DNA of 63,481 nucleotides, the filler included, from Thraustochytrium aureum (Eukaryota), in assembly GCA_012862495.1 (NCBI GenBank). It is 5 parts of 4 records of this genome, joined end to end, with 100 filler letters (N's around TTAATTAATTAA, not from the genome) between each part and the next. Parts side by side here need not be neighbours in the genome. Positions count along the whole stretch, not along the records: positions 1 to 25,999 come from BLSG01000252.1; 4 more parts are not named here. One strand, written 5' to 3'. This document shows positions 1 to 11,109 of this stretch, one piece after another; the stretch's first letter is position 1, and each line of letters starts with the position of its first letter. The position numbers were made by a program, and so were the translations under genes. Below the pieces are notes generated by a model, which was not told the origin of the DNA, searched no databases, and saw nothing but the letters and a program-made list of their open reading frames with translations.

Positions 1-1
1 C

Positions 2-457
2 AAAGATGCCGATTGGGACGAGTGGACCGAGCAGCTCAATGCCTCGCAGCAGCGCATCAAGGACGCCCCGCTCGCGTACAAGGAGACGATGCTGCTCCCG
101 GTCGAGATGGACGAGCCGCTCGACAACCTGATCTACGCGTCGTTCGTGCGCAACCAGATCGACCCATCGCTGCCTACGCCAGTGCAGCACGAGCTTCGCG
201 AGCGCATCTGGAACATTGGTGAGATCCTGCGCATCACCAGCAACGTGCTTGGCCGCTCGTCCGAGCTTCAGCCCGTGCAGAACATCATCCGCAAGGCCTT
301 TGTGCGGCTCCGCTACATCCTCGACGAGACGAGCCAGCGCAACTGGAAAAAGCTGGACGAGACCATCTCGACGATCCGTGCTGCGGACGACAGCGCAGAG
401 GCCGCCAATGCGTCGGCCAACGCGCCTGCCGCGCCGCCGGCGCCGGGGCCCGAATAA
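2..457 (+). CDS. 3' end of an uncharacterised protein (5'-truncated by window edge)
   Basis: Frame open from base 2 (KDADWDEWTEQL...) to TAA 455-457, strongly GC3-biased codons; no family recognised. Confidence 0.7.
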   Translation, partial: KDADWDEWTEQLNASQQRIKDAPLAYKETMLLPVEMDEPLDNLIYASFVRNQIDPSLPTPVQHELRERIWNIGEILRITSNVLGRSSELQPVQNIIRKAFVRLRYILDETSQRNWKKLDETISTIRAADDSAEAANASANAPAAPPAPGPE

Positions 458-472
458 GTGGAGGCCACAATC

Positions 473-731
473 GGCGAGGTCAGGCGCTAAGCGTGGGGTT
501 GGCGGGAAAAGCAAGAAAAGCTCATTCTAGGACTCGCAAAACTCGTTTTCTCTCGCAATGTGTCGCTGACAGACGACTCCGCACAATCGCACGTCACGCA
601 GCCGGCGAGGGCAGGCGCTAAGCGTGGGGTTGGCGGGAACGGCAAGAAAAGCTCAATTCTAGGACTCGCAAAACTCGTTTTCTCTCGCAATGTTTCGCTG
701 ACAGACTCCACACAATCGCACGTCACGCGCC
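473..731. repeat. Two-copy ~131-bp direct tandem duplication
   Basis: GGCGAGG.CAGGCGCTAAGCGTGGGGTTGGCGGGAA...CACAATCGCACGTCACGC occurs at 473-603 and 604-731 with a few substitutions/indels. Confidence 0.9.
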
Positions 732-943
732 GAATGCAAAGCGCACGCAGAGGGCGTTACGCCCTGCAACGGCAGGGGTTGTCACCCAGACCGCGCAGCC
801 GACAGACTAAGACGACAAACCCACCTCTAAAGGGCGCCCAGCGCGAGCTCAAGCGTGCTTCCCACCACCGCGCACGGGCTTCGACGGCAGGCAAGACGGG
901 GGGGGGGGCAAGCTTTGGCACGCAGCAGCCCCTGCGAGCGCGT

Positions 944-1303
944 TTAGCTCTCGTACATGGCAAAGGCCAGCGCCAGCAACACCGCCAGGACGCCGAGGAT
1001 GATAAAGAACGAGGGGCCCTCCTCGCTCGCGCCAGACTTGGAGGCCTTGGCGAGCGCTCCGCCCTCAGCTTCGCCAATCAGAAACTTTGCCAGCGTCTCG
1101 CGCGCCTCTGGGCTGTGGCCGGTGTCTTCGAACTCGTCGGTGGCGTCCGAGCCAGCCACGTCGCCAATAATCTCGGGGCCGCCCGGGTGCTCGTCCAAGT
1201 ACTTGGTCACATCGTACACCTTGCCGTGGATCACCAGCCAGCAGTCCTTCTCCGAGTTGTGCTTCGCCACGTCCTCGCGCTTGAACACCTTGACATCGCC
1301 CAT
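944..1303 (-). CDS. CYB5: Cytochrome b5, tail-anchored
   Basis: [42 protein letters not shown]...FEDTGHS heme-binding motifs; C-terminal hydrophobic anchor; ATG at 1303-1301. Confidence 0.95.
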   Translation of the reverse strand: MGDVKVFKREDVAKHNSEKDCWLVIHGKVYDVTKYLDEHPGGPEIIGDVAGSDATDEFEDTGHSPEARETLAKFLIGEAEGGALAKASKSGASEEGPSFFIILGVLAVLLALAFAMYES

Positions 1304-1496
1304 CTTCCCAGCCCCAATCCCGCCGGCAACCTGCGTCCGCACGCCTTGCACGTCAGCGCCATCTCGCGTCCGACGAGCACCGTCGCGCACCGCACCACCA
1401 CCACCGGCCCGTCGCCGCCATCACCGCCATCGATCGCCTTGCAACAAACATACCTTCACAGTCACGCAGACAGAGGACCACAGCCACGCAGACTCG

Positions 1497-1549
1497 CTCC
1501 TCCTCCTCCTCCTCCTCCTCGCACTGCTGCTGCTGCTGCTGCTGCTGCT
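1497..1549. repeat. (CCT)n + (GCT)n microsatellites abutting an N gap
   Basis: Directly visible trinucleotide runs. Confidence 0.9.
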
Positions 1550-2566
1550 NNNNNNNNNNNNNNNNNNNNNNNNNNNNNNNNNNNNNNNNNNNNNNNNNNN
1601 NNNNNNNNNNNNNNNNNNNNNNNNNNNNNNNNNNNNNNNNNNNNNNNNNNNNNNNNNNNNNNNNNNNNNNNNNNNNNNNNNNNNNNNNNNNNNNNNNNNN
1701 NNNNNNNNNNNNNNNNNNNNNNNNNNNNNNNNNNNNNNNNNNNNNNNNNNNNNNNNNNNNNNNNNNNNNNNNNNNNNNNNNNNNNNNNNNNNNNNNNNNN
1801 NNNNNNNNNNNNNNNNNNNNNNNNNNNNNNNNNNNNNNNNNNNNNNNNNNNNNNNNNNNNNNNNNNNNNNNNNNNNNNNNNNNNNNNNNNNNNNNNNNNN
1901 NNNNNNNNNNNNNNNNNNNNNNNNNNNNNNNNNNNNNNNNNNNNNNNNNNNNNNNNNNNNNNNNNNNNNNNNNNNNNNNNNNNNNNNNNNNNNNNNNNNN
2001 NNNNNNNNNNNNNNNNNNNNNNNNNNNNNNNNNNNNNNNNNNNNNNNNNNNNNNNNNNNNNNNNNNNNNNNNNNNNNNNNNNNNNNNNNNNNNNNNNNNN
2101 NNNNNNNNNNNNNNNNNNNNNNNNNNNNNNNNNNNNNNNNNNNNNNNNNNNNNNNNNNNNNNNNNNNNNNNNNNNNNNNNNNNNNNNNNNNNNNNNNNNN
2201 NNNNNNNNNNNNNNNNNNNNNNNNNNNNNNNNNNNNNNNNNNNNNNNNNNNNNNNNNNNNNNNNNNNNNNNNNNNNNNNNNNNNNNNNNNNNNNNNNNNN
2301 NNNNNNNNNNNNNNNNNNNNNNNNNNNNNNNNNNNNNNNNNNNNNNNNNNNNNNNNNNNNNNNNNNNNNNNNNNNNNNNNNNNNNNNNNNNNNNNNNNNN
2401 NNNNNNNNNNNNNNNNNNNNNNNNNNNNNNNNNNAGCGCTCCTTGCAGAAGCCGCTCCAACTCGCGCACGGGCAGGCGGGCAGGCAGGCGGGCGGGCGGG
2501 CAGGCAGGCGTGCACAAGTGGCGGGCGCGGCCACTGCGGCACGCGCACCGCGAGGTTGATCGCGCC

Positions 2567-3376
2567 ATGTACAACAGTAATGGCTGGCAGGACGGAAGCG
2601 CGACGGGCCACACGGTCGGCGCCGCCTCGCGGCCGGCGGCGGGCCTCCACCAAGCGCCGATGCAGAACGGCGACGGAATGCGGGCGAGGGCCACCGCTGG
2701 CGGGCACTCGGGCAGCGGGTCGGCTCCCTCGCTGAGTGACTTGAGCGTCGAGGCCACCAGGCAGCAGTACGAGCTCGAACAGTTGCTGCACCCGGAGATG
2801 AGGCACGGGAGCGCCGGCGCGCCGCCGAAGAAGGACGAAGAGAGCGTAGATGGGCTCGCCGCCAAGCTCGCCGACTTCTCGCGCACCCTTGACGCCATGG
2901 AGCGCCTGTTGGCGAGCGAGCCGCCGCAGCAGCGCACAATATCCGCGAAGCGCCTGCAGTCGTATCGCGCACGGCTGAGCGAGTTCTCCGCCAAGCTGGA
3001 GAGGAGGCGCTCGCGGCTCAATCGCCGCGTCTACCAGGAGGAGCAGCGGCAGCAGCTCTTCGGCGACCGCGAGGGCTCCGAGGTTCTCAATATGATCAAC
3101 GGCTACCACGAGGAGAGTGGCGCGCTCAACCGGTCCAACACGATCGCTGCCCAGGCCATCGCCCAGGGCATCAGCATCGTGGAGAACCTCAAGGAGCAAG
3201 GCATGACGCTCCGCCGAGCGAGCGCCAAGCTCAAGGAGATTGCAGGTGTGCTTGGGCTGTCCAACTCGTTGATCCGCGTCATCGAGCGTCGCGAATATGG
3301 CGACGCGATGATCGTGTACGGCGGCATGGGGCTCACTGTGGTCTTCCTGTACTTTGTATACTGGATGACGGGTTGA
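2567..3376 (+). CDS. GOSR2: Golgi Qb-SNARE, membrin/GOSR2/Bos1-like
   Basis: SNARE heptads around LKEQGMTLRR, GLSNSLIRVIERR motif, C-terminal TM helix; start codon uncertain. Confidence 0.85.
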   Translation: MYNSNGWQDGSATGHTVGAASRPAAGLHQAPMQNGDGMRARATAGGHSGSGSAPSLSDLSVEATRQQYELEQLLHPEMRHGSAGAPPKKDEESVDGLAAKLADFSRTLDAMERLLASEPPQQRTISAKRLQSYRARLSEFSAKLERRRSRLNRRVYQEEQRQQLFGDREGSEVLNMINGYHEESGALNRSNTIAAQAIAQGISIVENLKEQGMTLRRASAKLKEIAGVLGLSNSLIRVIERREYGDAMIVYGGMGLTVVFLYFVYWMTG

Positions 3377-4268
3377 TAGCACTGCATTGATCGATCTATA
3401 CCTTAGAAACCCCAGACACTGATACTTTGCCGTGATTGTTGCTTCTGCGTTGCGCTCCTCTCCCCGGAATGCGCCTCCTTGGTTGAGGATGGCGGCAGAC
3501 GGACACGCGGCCCGCAGCCCAGAAGGGGGGCCGCTTTCGCTGGAGCGCCAAACTCACTACTTGAGCTTTCGGGCAGAGCTTTCGGGCAGACGGCTCGAGC
3601 GAGCAAGCTTCCGGACCTTGCGCGAGAGGACCGCTAGTCGCTTGCAGCGCGTTCGTNNNNNNNNNNNNNNNNNNNNNNNNNNNNNNNNNNNNNNNNNNNN
3701 NNNNNNNNNNNNNNNNNNNNNNNNNNNNNNNNNNNNNNNNNNNNNNNNNNNNNNNNNNNNNNNNNNNNNNNNNNNNNNNNNNNNNNNNNNNNNNNNNNNN
3801 NNNNNNNNNNNNNNNNNNNNNNNNNNNNNNNNNNNNNNNNNNNNNNNNNNNNNNNNNNNNNNNNNNNNNNNNNNNNNNNNNNNNNNNNNNNNNNNNNNNN
3901 NNNNNNNNNNNNNNNNNNNNNNNNNNNNNNNNNNNNNNNNNNNNNNNNNNNNNNNNNNNNNNNNNNNNNNNNNNNNNNNNNNNNNNNNNNNNNNNNNNNN
4001 NNNNNNNNNNNNNNNNNNNNNNNNNNNNNNNNNNNNNNNNNNNNNNNNNNNNNNNNNNNNNNNNNNNNNNNNNNNNNNNNNNNNNNNNNNNNNNNNNNNN
4101 NNNNNNNNNNNNNNNNNNNNNNNNNNNNNNNNNNNNNNNNNNNNNNNNNNNNNNNNNNNNNNNNNNNNNNNNNNNNNNNNNNNNNNNNNNNNNNNNNNNN
4201 NNNNNNNNNNNNNNNNNNNNNNNNNNNNNNNNNNNNNNNNNNNNNNNNNNNNNNNNNNNNNNNNNNNC

Positions 4269-5950
4269 AGCGAGATAGCCCAGCCGCGCGTCGAGCTCTG
4301 CAGGCCGTCGCCCGCAAATGGACTGCTGGCGCCCGCCCCGGCTGAGGCCGCGCCTTCGAACGGGTTGCCCTGCCCCGCCCCCGCAAAACCTGGCGCCGGC
4401 GGCGGCACAACCGACACAGCAGCCTCGGCGCCGCCCCCGCCCGGCGCCCGCATCTCCTGCATGAGCCTCGGGATGTCGTTGCTGAGCGCCGAGTCTAGCC
4501 TCGCCAAAGCCTTCTCGCCAAGCTTGGGGAACTTTGTGAGATCCTGCTGCTCGAGAACGCTGCGGAAGCGAGCAATGTCTGGAAAGTCGCCCGGCGGGAG
4601 CGGTGCTTTTGTGCGATGCGGGTGAACTCTTGAGCCAGGTTGTCCAGTATCTGCTTTTGCTTGGAGGCCTTGTTGAAGCCAAACCAGGAAGCCGCCTGTG
4701 TGCGCAGGTGCGCGATGACGCAGGCGTGCACCTTTGCGAGGCGCGCCCGCTTGACCAGCTCGTTGATCTTGCGCACCGCGCTGTTCCGCGGCAGGCTCTT
4801 GAGGTCCGCTAGAAGGTCCGCGGCCTCGCCCTCGAAGAGGTTGATGTTGTCGTGGTCCTTCTTGAGCGGCTTGTCCCAAAACGAGCTGATGTAGACCCGC
4901 AAAACCTCTGGCGTGTTGATCACTTTCCCAAGGGACCACATGAGCGCGCCGTACACTCGCATGAGCTGCTTGGAGCTCACCGAGTCGGCCTTGTTGAGCA
5001 CGACGCGGATCTTGTCGTCGTGGCCGCGGAGCGCTTCGATGCTGCGCTTGAGCTCGTCAGAGATGTCGAGCTTGTGCGCGTCAAAGAGCAAGATTATGCG
5101 GTCGGCCCGCGAGGCAAACCACTCGACTACCTCGGTAAAGTCGTACTGTCGCGAGCGCTGCTTCTCCCCAGACAGGATTCCGGGCGTGTCGACCAGCGTC
5201 ATGGATTCGAGCAGTTTGGATCCCTCGACCATCGAGCCTTGCAGCCTGTTCAAAAAGCTTGTCCCAAATTTGTTGAGCCCGAGAAAAGGCTTGCTTCTGT
5301 CTACCGCCAGTGCGTTGCCAGGGATAACCTGGTCATGCGTGCCCTGCATCACGCACGTGAACCGGTCTGTTGTGGGTTCTGGCCCGATGCGAATCCCGGG
5401 AAAGTCGCGCTGGATCAGATACCGGATGAACGAGGTCTTGCCCACCGAGTAGGGGCCGATGAGCAGCACGATGGGCTTGGCTTCAAAGTCGGCGTCCTCC
5501 AGCAGGGGGCTGTAGAACAGGTCACTCTTGTACATTTCCTCGATCGGCCTGATCGCGGTCTTGTACACTTTCTTGAGGCCCTCCACCACCCGCCGGTGGT
5601 CTTCGCGGGCTAAGAGCAGGGCCTTCAGCGGCTTTTCGACGTTTCGTGCAGCCAGACGAACATGTCTTCTTCCCGGCCCTTCCACTCGCGCAGCGTGGCG
5701 TCCACCGCGTCGAGCTCGCTGGGCCTGAACTGCTTGAAAAACTCGATCAGCCTCGCGCGGTGCTGTTCAAACCTCAGCAGCTCTGCGATCTCCGGGTCCG
5801 TCTCCCCGCCTCCATCGATCGCCTCGCTCAGGTCTCCTCCGCCCAGGCTGCCGGCGCCGGACAGCGCGCGTCCGACTTGGCGTCGTCACTTTTTTCATCC
5901 CCGTTCGCCCCCTCCGCGCCCGCCACAAACGAGCCCGCGTCCGCCGCGCG
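4269..5950 (-). CDS. EHD: EH-domain-containing dynamin-like ATPase (EHD/RME-1 family); EH domain presumed in the gap; frameshifts near 4600, 5645 and 5865
   Basis: GPYSVGKTSFIRYL, IGPEPTTDRF, DTPGILSGEKQ, FDAHKLDISDE, VLNKAD, LMRVYGALMWSLGKV; linker ends ...GWAISL at the gap. 5' boundary approximate. Confidence 0.92.
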
Positions 5951-7547
5951 GAGCCGTCCGCACCGCCGCGCGGCGTGTCTCTGCGAGCAGCGCTCTCGCG
6001 GCGCCGGCCGGCCGGCCTGCCGGCTGGCGGAGGGATCCCGTTTGAGGTCCTCGCGAGCCGGAATCTGGCCCCGATGCCGCAGGGGCGAAAAAGCAAACCA
6101 CACCAAAGAAGCCGTCCGAGCGCCTTGCGCCCTGCAGCGAGCGCGAGCGCCTGCTGCGGCACTCGAGCTCCGCCTCTATCGCCGTCGCTGGGGCGGCTGC
6201 TGCATTGACGTGGTGGCTTTTTCGAGCAGGATTGTGCCGTGCATTTCTTTTCATGCATCTCGCGCTTTTTTTCCTTGTCTGCCAAGTGGCGGAGATGAAG
6301 GGCGAGGCCCTGCCCTGCGCGATCGGGCCCATTGAGGAGGACGGCGCCAAGCGCTGGACCTGCTGCCCGCCGCCAACCTGCTCGGCGCCTCATGGGCCTG
6401 CCGAACGCGCCAAGTACCTGAAGGTCCGCAGCGTGCATGAAACGGTGCTCCAGACGCCAAGGCCCCGACCCACGCTGTCTTGCCGTGCAGCTGGCCACGA
6501 TCGACGGGCTCGCGATCGACGGGCGACGCGGGCACGGTTTCGCTGCTCAAGCAGGCAACCTCTTGACGACACCAGCCACCGTTCGTTGACGGTGGCTGCG
6601 AGCCCAAGCCACCCAGTGGGCTCGATCACGCGGCGATGGTCAAGCATGTACTCGAGCCAGAGGACTCTGCGAAGAGTGCATGTGTGAAGAATGTGGCGAC
6701 AAGTCGGTGGCGACAACGAGGGTCCTCCTTGGCAGTTCGGTCGCGCTCGAGTGCGTGCTCACCAGGCGGTGAGTCGTACATGCCGGCAAGTACCGCAACT
6801 ACACCCACGGAGTACGTACTCCACTCCACTCTGGACGACGTCGAGTAGGTAAGTAGAGCAGAGCACTGCGCTCTACTCCTGCTCAATCAACTCAATCTGT
6901 CGGTAGCGTGTAGCGTGTCGTAGCGTGGAGGTACTTACTCTCCGGCTGGTGCGTGCTGTGCTGCCTTGCCTCCCCAACAACAACTCGCGTCACGGCGCAG
7001 TTACTTCCTGCCGCACGTTGGGCCGGGCATGCGATACGACCTCCTCGCCCACGGCGTGCGCTCCTCCGGCACAACCCTGAGCCATGCGCGAGCAAGCCGC
7101 CGGGCCGCGTCGCAAGTCTGTTTCCCCGAGCGCCGCGGGAAAGGCAGGCAGGCAGGCAGGCAGGCNNNNNNNNNNNNNNNNNNNNNNNNNNNNNNNNNNN
7201 NNNNNNNNNNNNNNNNNNNNNNNNNNNNNNNNNNNNNNNNNNNNNNNNNNNNNNNNNNNNNNNNNNNNNNNNNNNNNNNNNNNNNNNNNNNNNNNNNNNN
7301 NNNNNNNNNNNNNNNNNNNNNNNNNNNNNNNNNNNNNNNNNNNNNNNNNNNNNNNNNNNNNNNNNNNNNNNNNNNNNNNNNNNNNNNNNNNNNNNNNNNN
7401 NAACGGCGCGTGCGCGGAGGTTGCTGGAGCCTGGGCGGCAGCCGAAGGGAGGAGGGCCGCGAGGAGGCTGCACGTGGCGCTGCGTGCCGAGCAAGAGCGC
7501 TCTGGCGGTAGTGCTGCAGGAGGCGGCGGCAGCGCGGGCAAGCAAGG

Positions 7548-8507
7548 ATGAGCAAGGTCGAGATGCCCAAGGGGTTTCTGGAGAGGCTGACCCACTGCTA
7601 TGGGCTGGCGAGCCGGTTCACCCGCGAAACTGAGGAGCTGGCAGACTATTATATTCACCGACGCACCGCAGCGTTTCTCGTCGCCCTCATGGGTGCCATC
7701 GACGCGCCGTGGCTGTTCACGCCAAACCGCATCACGTTCCTGTCGCTCGTGTGCGGCGCCTCGAGCGCGTACTACGTATACCAGAGCTACGTGACCGAGA
7801 GCAGAGATCTCCTCCTCAAGGCCGCCTTCCTCGAGCTTTTGAGCATTACCTTTGACTGCTGCGACGGCCAGCTGGCCCGCATGTACGGGAGCGGCTCGCT
7901 CGTCGGCAGGGTGCTCGACGGTGTGTGCGACATGTGCGTCGCGCTCAGCCACGGCTTCGTCTGGACCTACATTCTCGTCTCGAACAAGACCGTGGACTTG
8001 TATCTCGGCGTCGGACTGCTCGCCTGCGCCATCGTCACCTTCCAGCAGCAGGCCATGATGTTTGACCGCGTGAAAAACATATTTTGCCTCAAGACGTCGC
8101 CCAAGAAGGACAAGGCCGTCGTCGGCCTCGAGGAGGCCGACTTGATCAAGAAGGAGATGAAGCAGGCCTGGGAAACGCACTCGTACGGCTCGTATGCGCT
8201 TTTGCTCTGGTACGAGAACCAGTACCTCGCCGTGCAAAACAAGGTGGCCAACAAGTCGATCGACGCCACGCTCCACGAGGCGGACACAGCCGACTTGGAT
8301 CCTGAGGACTACCGCGCAAAGTGGTCGTCCACGATGCGCCTGGTTTCGTGGTGCGGGACGGGCACGCATGCCTTTCTCTTCTACGCGCTCATCTTCGCCG
8401 CCTACTATCTTGACGACATCTCTGTGCTCGTCAGCTGGTTCTTCTTCAACAATGTGCTGCTGACTGGCTGCTGGTTCGTTTGCTGGGACCGCGTCAAGCG
8501 GATGTGA
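7548..8507 (+). CDS. CDP-alcohol phosphatidyltransferase family membrane protein
   Basis: TPNRIT and DCCDGQLARMYGSGSLVGRVLDGVCD signature (D-x2-DG-x2-AR-x8-G-x3-D-x3-D); several TM helices. Confidence 0.92.
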   Translation: MSKVEMPKGFLERLTHCYGLASRFTRETEELADYYIHRRTAAFLVALMGAIDAPWLFTPNRITFLSLVCGASSAYYVYQSYVTESRDLLLKAAFLELLSITFDCCDGQLARMYGSGSLVGRVLDGVCDMCVALSHGFVWTYILVSNKTVDLYLGVGLLACAIVTFQQQAMMFDRVKNIFCLKTSPKKDKAVVGLEEADLIKKEMKQAWETHSYGSYALLLWYENQYLAVQNKVANKSIDATLHEADTADLDPEDYRAKWSSTMRLVSWCGTGTHAFLFYALIFAAYYLDDISVLVSWFFFNNVLLTGCWFVCWDRVKRM

Positions 8508-8791
8508 GCGGCGGGGCCGGCTGCCAGCGCGCGGCGGCGCGGCTGGCGCGGCAGCGTCCTGGAGCAGAGCCAAGTAGCGCGCTCTGCTCTGCGCTTGGGC
8601 CTTTATGTGCTGCAAGATGCGTTTCAATTTCAAAGAAGAAGAAAAAGCCTTTTTGTTTTCGTTTGGTTTTCGTTTGGTTTTCTTTCTCCAGGCGCCAAGG
8701 TCCACCACAACTATGGCGCGCGTCGTCCCCGCGTTCCTTGGACCGTGATTCCATCAAAACAAGAGGATGTCGCTTCGAGTGAATCGTGCTC

Positions 8792-9352
8792 CTACAGCAA
8801 GCCCATCATCCCCACTGACGATGAGACAGCTGTGAACAAGACCCCGATAATCGCGGTCCAAACGTGGGGTCCAAGCACCGAGTGCGAGTAGCGCCTGTCG
8901 ACGTCCTCCGCATACCCAGCAGCCCACTTGACCCGCGAAACGCACCAGAGCGCGCCAAAGGCCGCAGTCAGGATTGGGTGGCGCAGCCCGCCGATCAAGC
9001 TCATTGCTACGAACGAAGTGTACGTCTCGAGCGCCTGCTGGTGCCCGCGCTGAACGCAGTTAAACTTCCGCGAGCTCTCGTCGGTCCCCGTCGCGTACAG
9101 CTGCGGCAGTGGCACCTCGTACTTCTTTCGCGCGGCCCCGACCTTGGTCGAAAGATACACCAGCGTGAAGGTGCTCGCGACCACGTTGCTCAGCACCACG
9201 AGGCCGTACAGCCGCGGCACGCTCAAGCTCACTTCTTGGCCCATCCCAAGCGGGATGTCCGTTGCAAACGTGTTCAGGACGTACCGCTCGCCGACCAGCA
9301 GCCCAAGCACGGGCAGCCCGCGCATTACCAAAAGCCTCGCAATCGTCGCCAT
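8792..9352 (-). CDS. MAPEG family protein (microsomal GST3-like)
   Basis: VGAARKKYEVPLPQLYA...FNCVQRGHQQALETY, RVKWAAGY; hydrophobic helices; ATG at 9352. Confidence 0.9.
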   Translation of the reverse strand: MATIARLLVMRGLPVLGLLVGERYVLNTFATDIPLGMGQEVSLSVPRLYGLVVLSNVVASTFTLVYLSTKVGAARKKYEVPLPQLYATGTDESSRKFNCVQRGHQQALETYTSFVAMSLIGGLRHPILTAAFGALWCVSRVKWAAGYAEDVDRRYSHSVLGPHVWTAIIGVLFTAVSSSVGMMGLL

Positions 9353-9561
9353 CTCGCGCGCTCTTGTGAGCAAAACAAAAACCCGGACCGGACCAGACGC
9401 TTCGCGAGGCACAACAGCAAACCTGGACTGGATGCAGCTCGCGCTCCTGCTCCTCCTGCTCCTCCTGCTGCTCGCGCCGCTCCGTTCGGGCTCTGTTGAA
9501 GCGAACGCCCTTTGCACATGGCCTTTCTCGCGCGAATCGTCAGGTGGCCCCGACACCGACC

Positions 9562-9730
9562 CATTCGGACCTAAATGCGTATCATAAATGCGTATTCCGG
9601 CAAAATGCGTATTCGGATCAAAATGCGTATCATAAATGCGTATTTCAGGCAAAATACGTACATAAATGCGTATCTCGGCCAAATTGCGTATTTCGGCCCA
9701 AATGCGTACATAAATGCGTATTGCGGATTA
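9562..9730. repeat. AT-rich minisatellite: 10 copies of AAATGCGTA core with ~48-bp higher-order period
   Basis: Cores at about 9573, 9586, 9603, 9621, 9634, 9652, 9664, 9682, 9700, 9712 (two have one mismatch). Confidence 0.9.
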
Positions 9731-11109
9731 GCGTTTCGACTCGAGCAGGAGCGATTGAAACGCGGGGCCGCGCGGGGCGGCGGCAGAGGCGAAACTCGCG
9801 TCGGCGGACGCAGCGGTGGCCTGCGCAGGCGTGGCGATCGCGGCTCTAGTGGGGCTGACGCGCGTCGCGGCTGGCGGCGGACGTGGAGGCGATAAATGGG
9901 GGATGACGCACCACCGTCCCGAGCGCTTGGGACGAACGCGCCGAGGTCGCCCCCCCACGGGGGGCGACGGCGATGCGAGCGCCGTCGCTGGGGGAGGAAT
10001 CTCGGCGCGATTCCCAGGCTCGTGCGGACGCCGTGGGCTGTGTTGGCGCTGTTGAGGGCGCTGAAATGCAGCCTGCGTCTAGACACGAGCGACAGACCTC
10101 GTGGAGCCCGAGCGACCCCAGCGCCTCGAGCGCAGCGTGGGCAAGTCGCCGTGGAGCGCACAGCCGTGCACGCATCGCATCAAGCCCACCGATGGCACTG
10201 GCAGCTCGGCCGATTGTGCACGAAGCAAAGTCGCCTCAAGTTGACAGACTCCTGCAGGCCCCCAGCCAGAGGCAACGCAACGCCTCGGGTCCAGCACCGC
10301 TACTCGCTACACCCCCGCTGCCTGCTCAGGGCCGGACGGGCCGAGTAGACAGCGCTACGGCTCGGGCCCCGCCGTTGCAACCTTTGGGGCCTCTCGAGAC
10401 GCTCCGTTGCACAATCCAGCCCGCTCGCGGCTCCAGTCCGCACCATGGCGCGGCGCGTCGTGCCAGGCAAACGTTCCAACCCCGTATGGACTTGCTGCGC
10501 AAGAAGCCCGCTCGGCAGTTCTGCGCGCTGCGCAGCCCCGNNNNNNNNNNNNNNNNNNNNNNNNNNNNNNNNNNNNNNNNNNNNNNNNNNNNNNNNNNNN
10601 NNNNNNNNNNNNNNNNNNNNNNNNNNNNNNNNNNNNNNNNNNNNNNNNNNNNNNNNNNNNNNNNNNNNNNNNNNNNNNNNNNNNNNNNNNNNNNNNNNNN
10701 NNNNNNNNNNNNNNNNNNNNNNNNNNNNNNNNNNNNNNNNNNNNNNNNNNNNNNNNNNNNNNNNNNNNNNNNNNNNNNNNNNNNNNNNNNNNNNNNNNNN
10801 NNNNNNNNNNNNNNNNNNNNNNNNNNNNNNNNNNNNNNNNNNNNNNNNNNNNNNNNNNNNNNNNNNNNNNNNNNNNNNNNNNNNNNNNNNNNNNNNNNNN
10901 NNNNNNNNNNNNNNNNNNNNNNNNNNNNNNNNNNNNNNNNNNNNNNNNNNNNNNNNNNNNNNNNNNNNNNNNNNNNNNNNNNNNNNNNNNNNNNNNNNNN
11001 NNNNNNNNNNNNNNNNNNNNNNNNNNNNNNNNNNNNNNNNNNNNNNNNNNNNNNNNNNNNNNNNNNNNNNNNNNNNNNNNNNNNNNNNNNNNNNNNNNNN
11101 NNNNNNNNA

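Noticed and set aside
560..3376. Very long ORFs running through N gaps (e.g. 938 aa)
   Set aside because: Ns suppress stop codons; the real genes are the shorter CYB5 and GOSR2 models.
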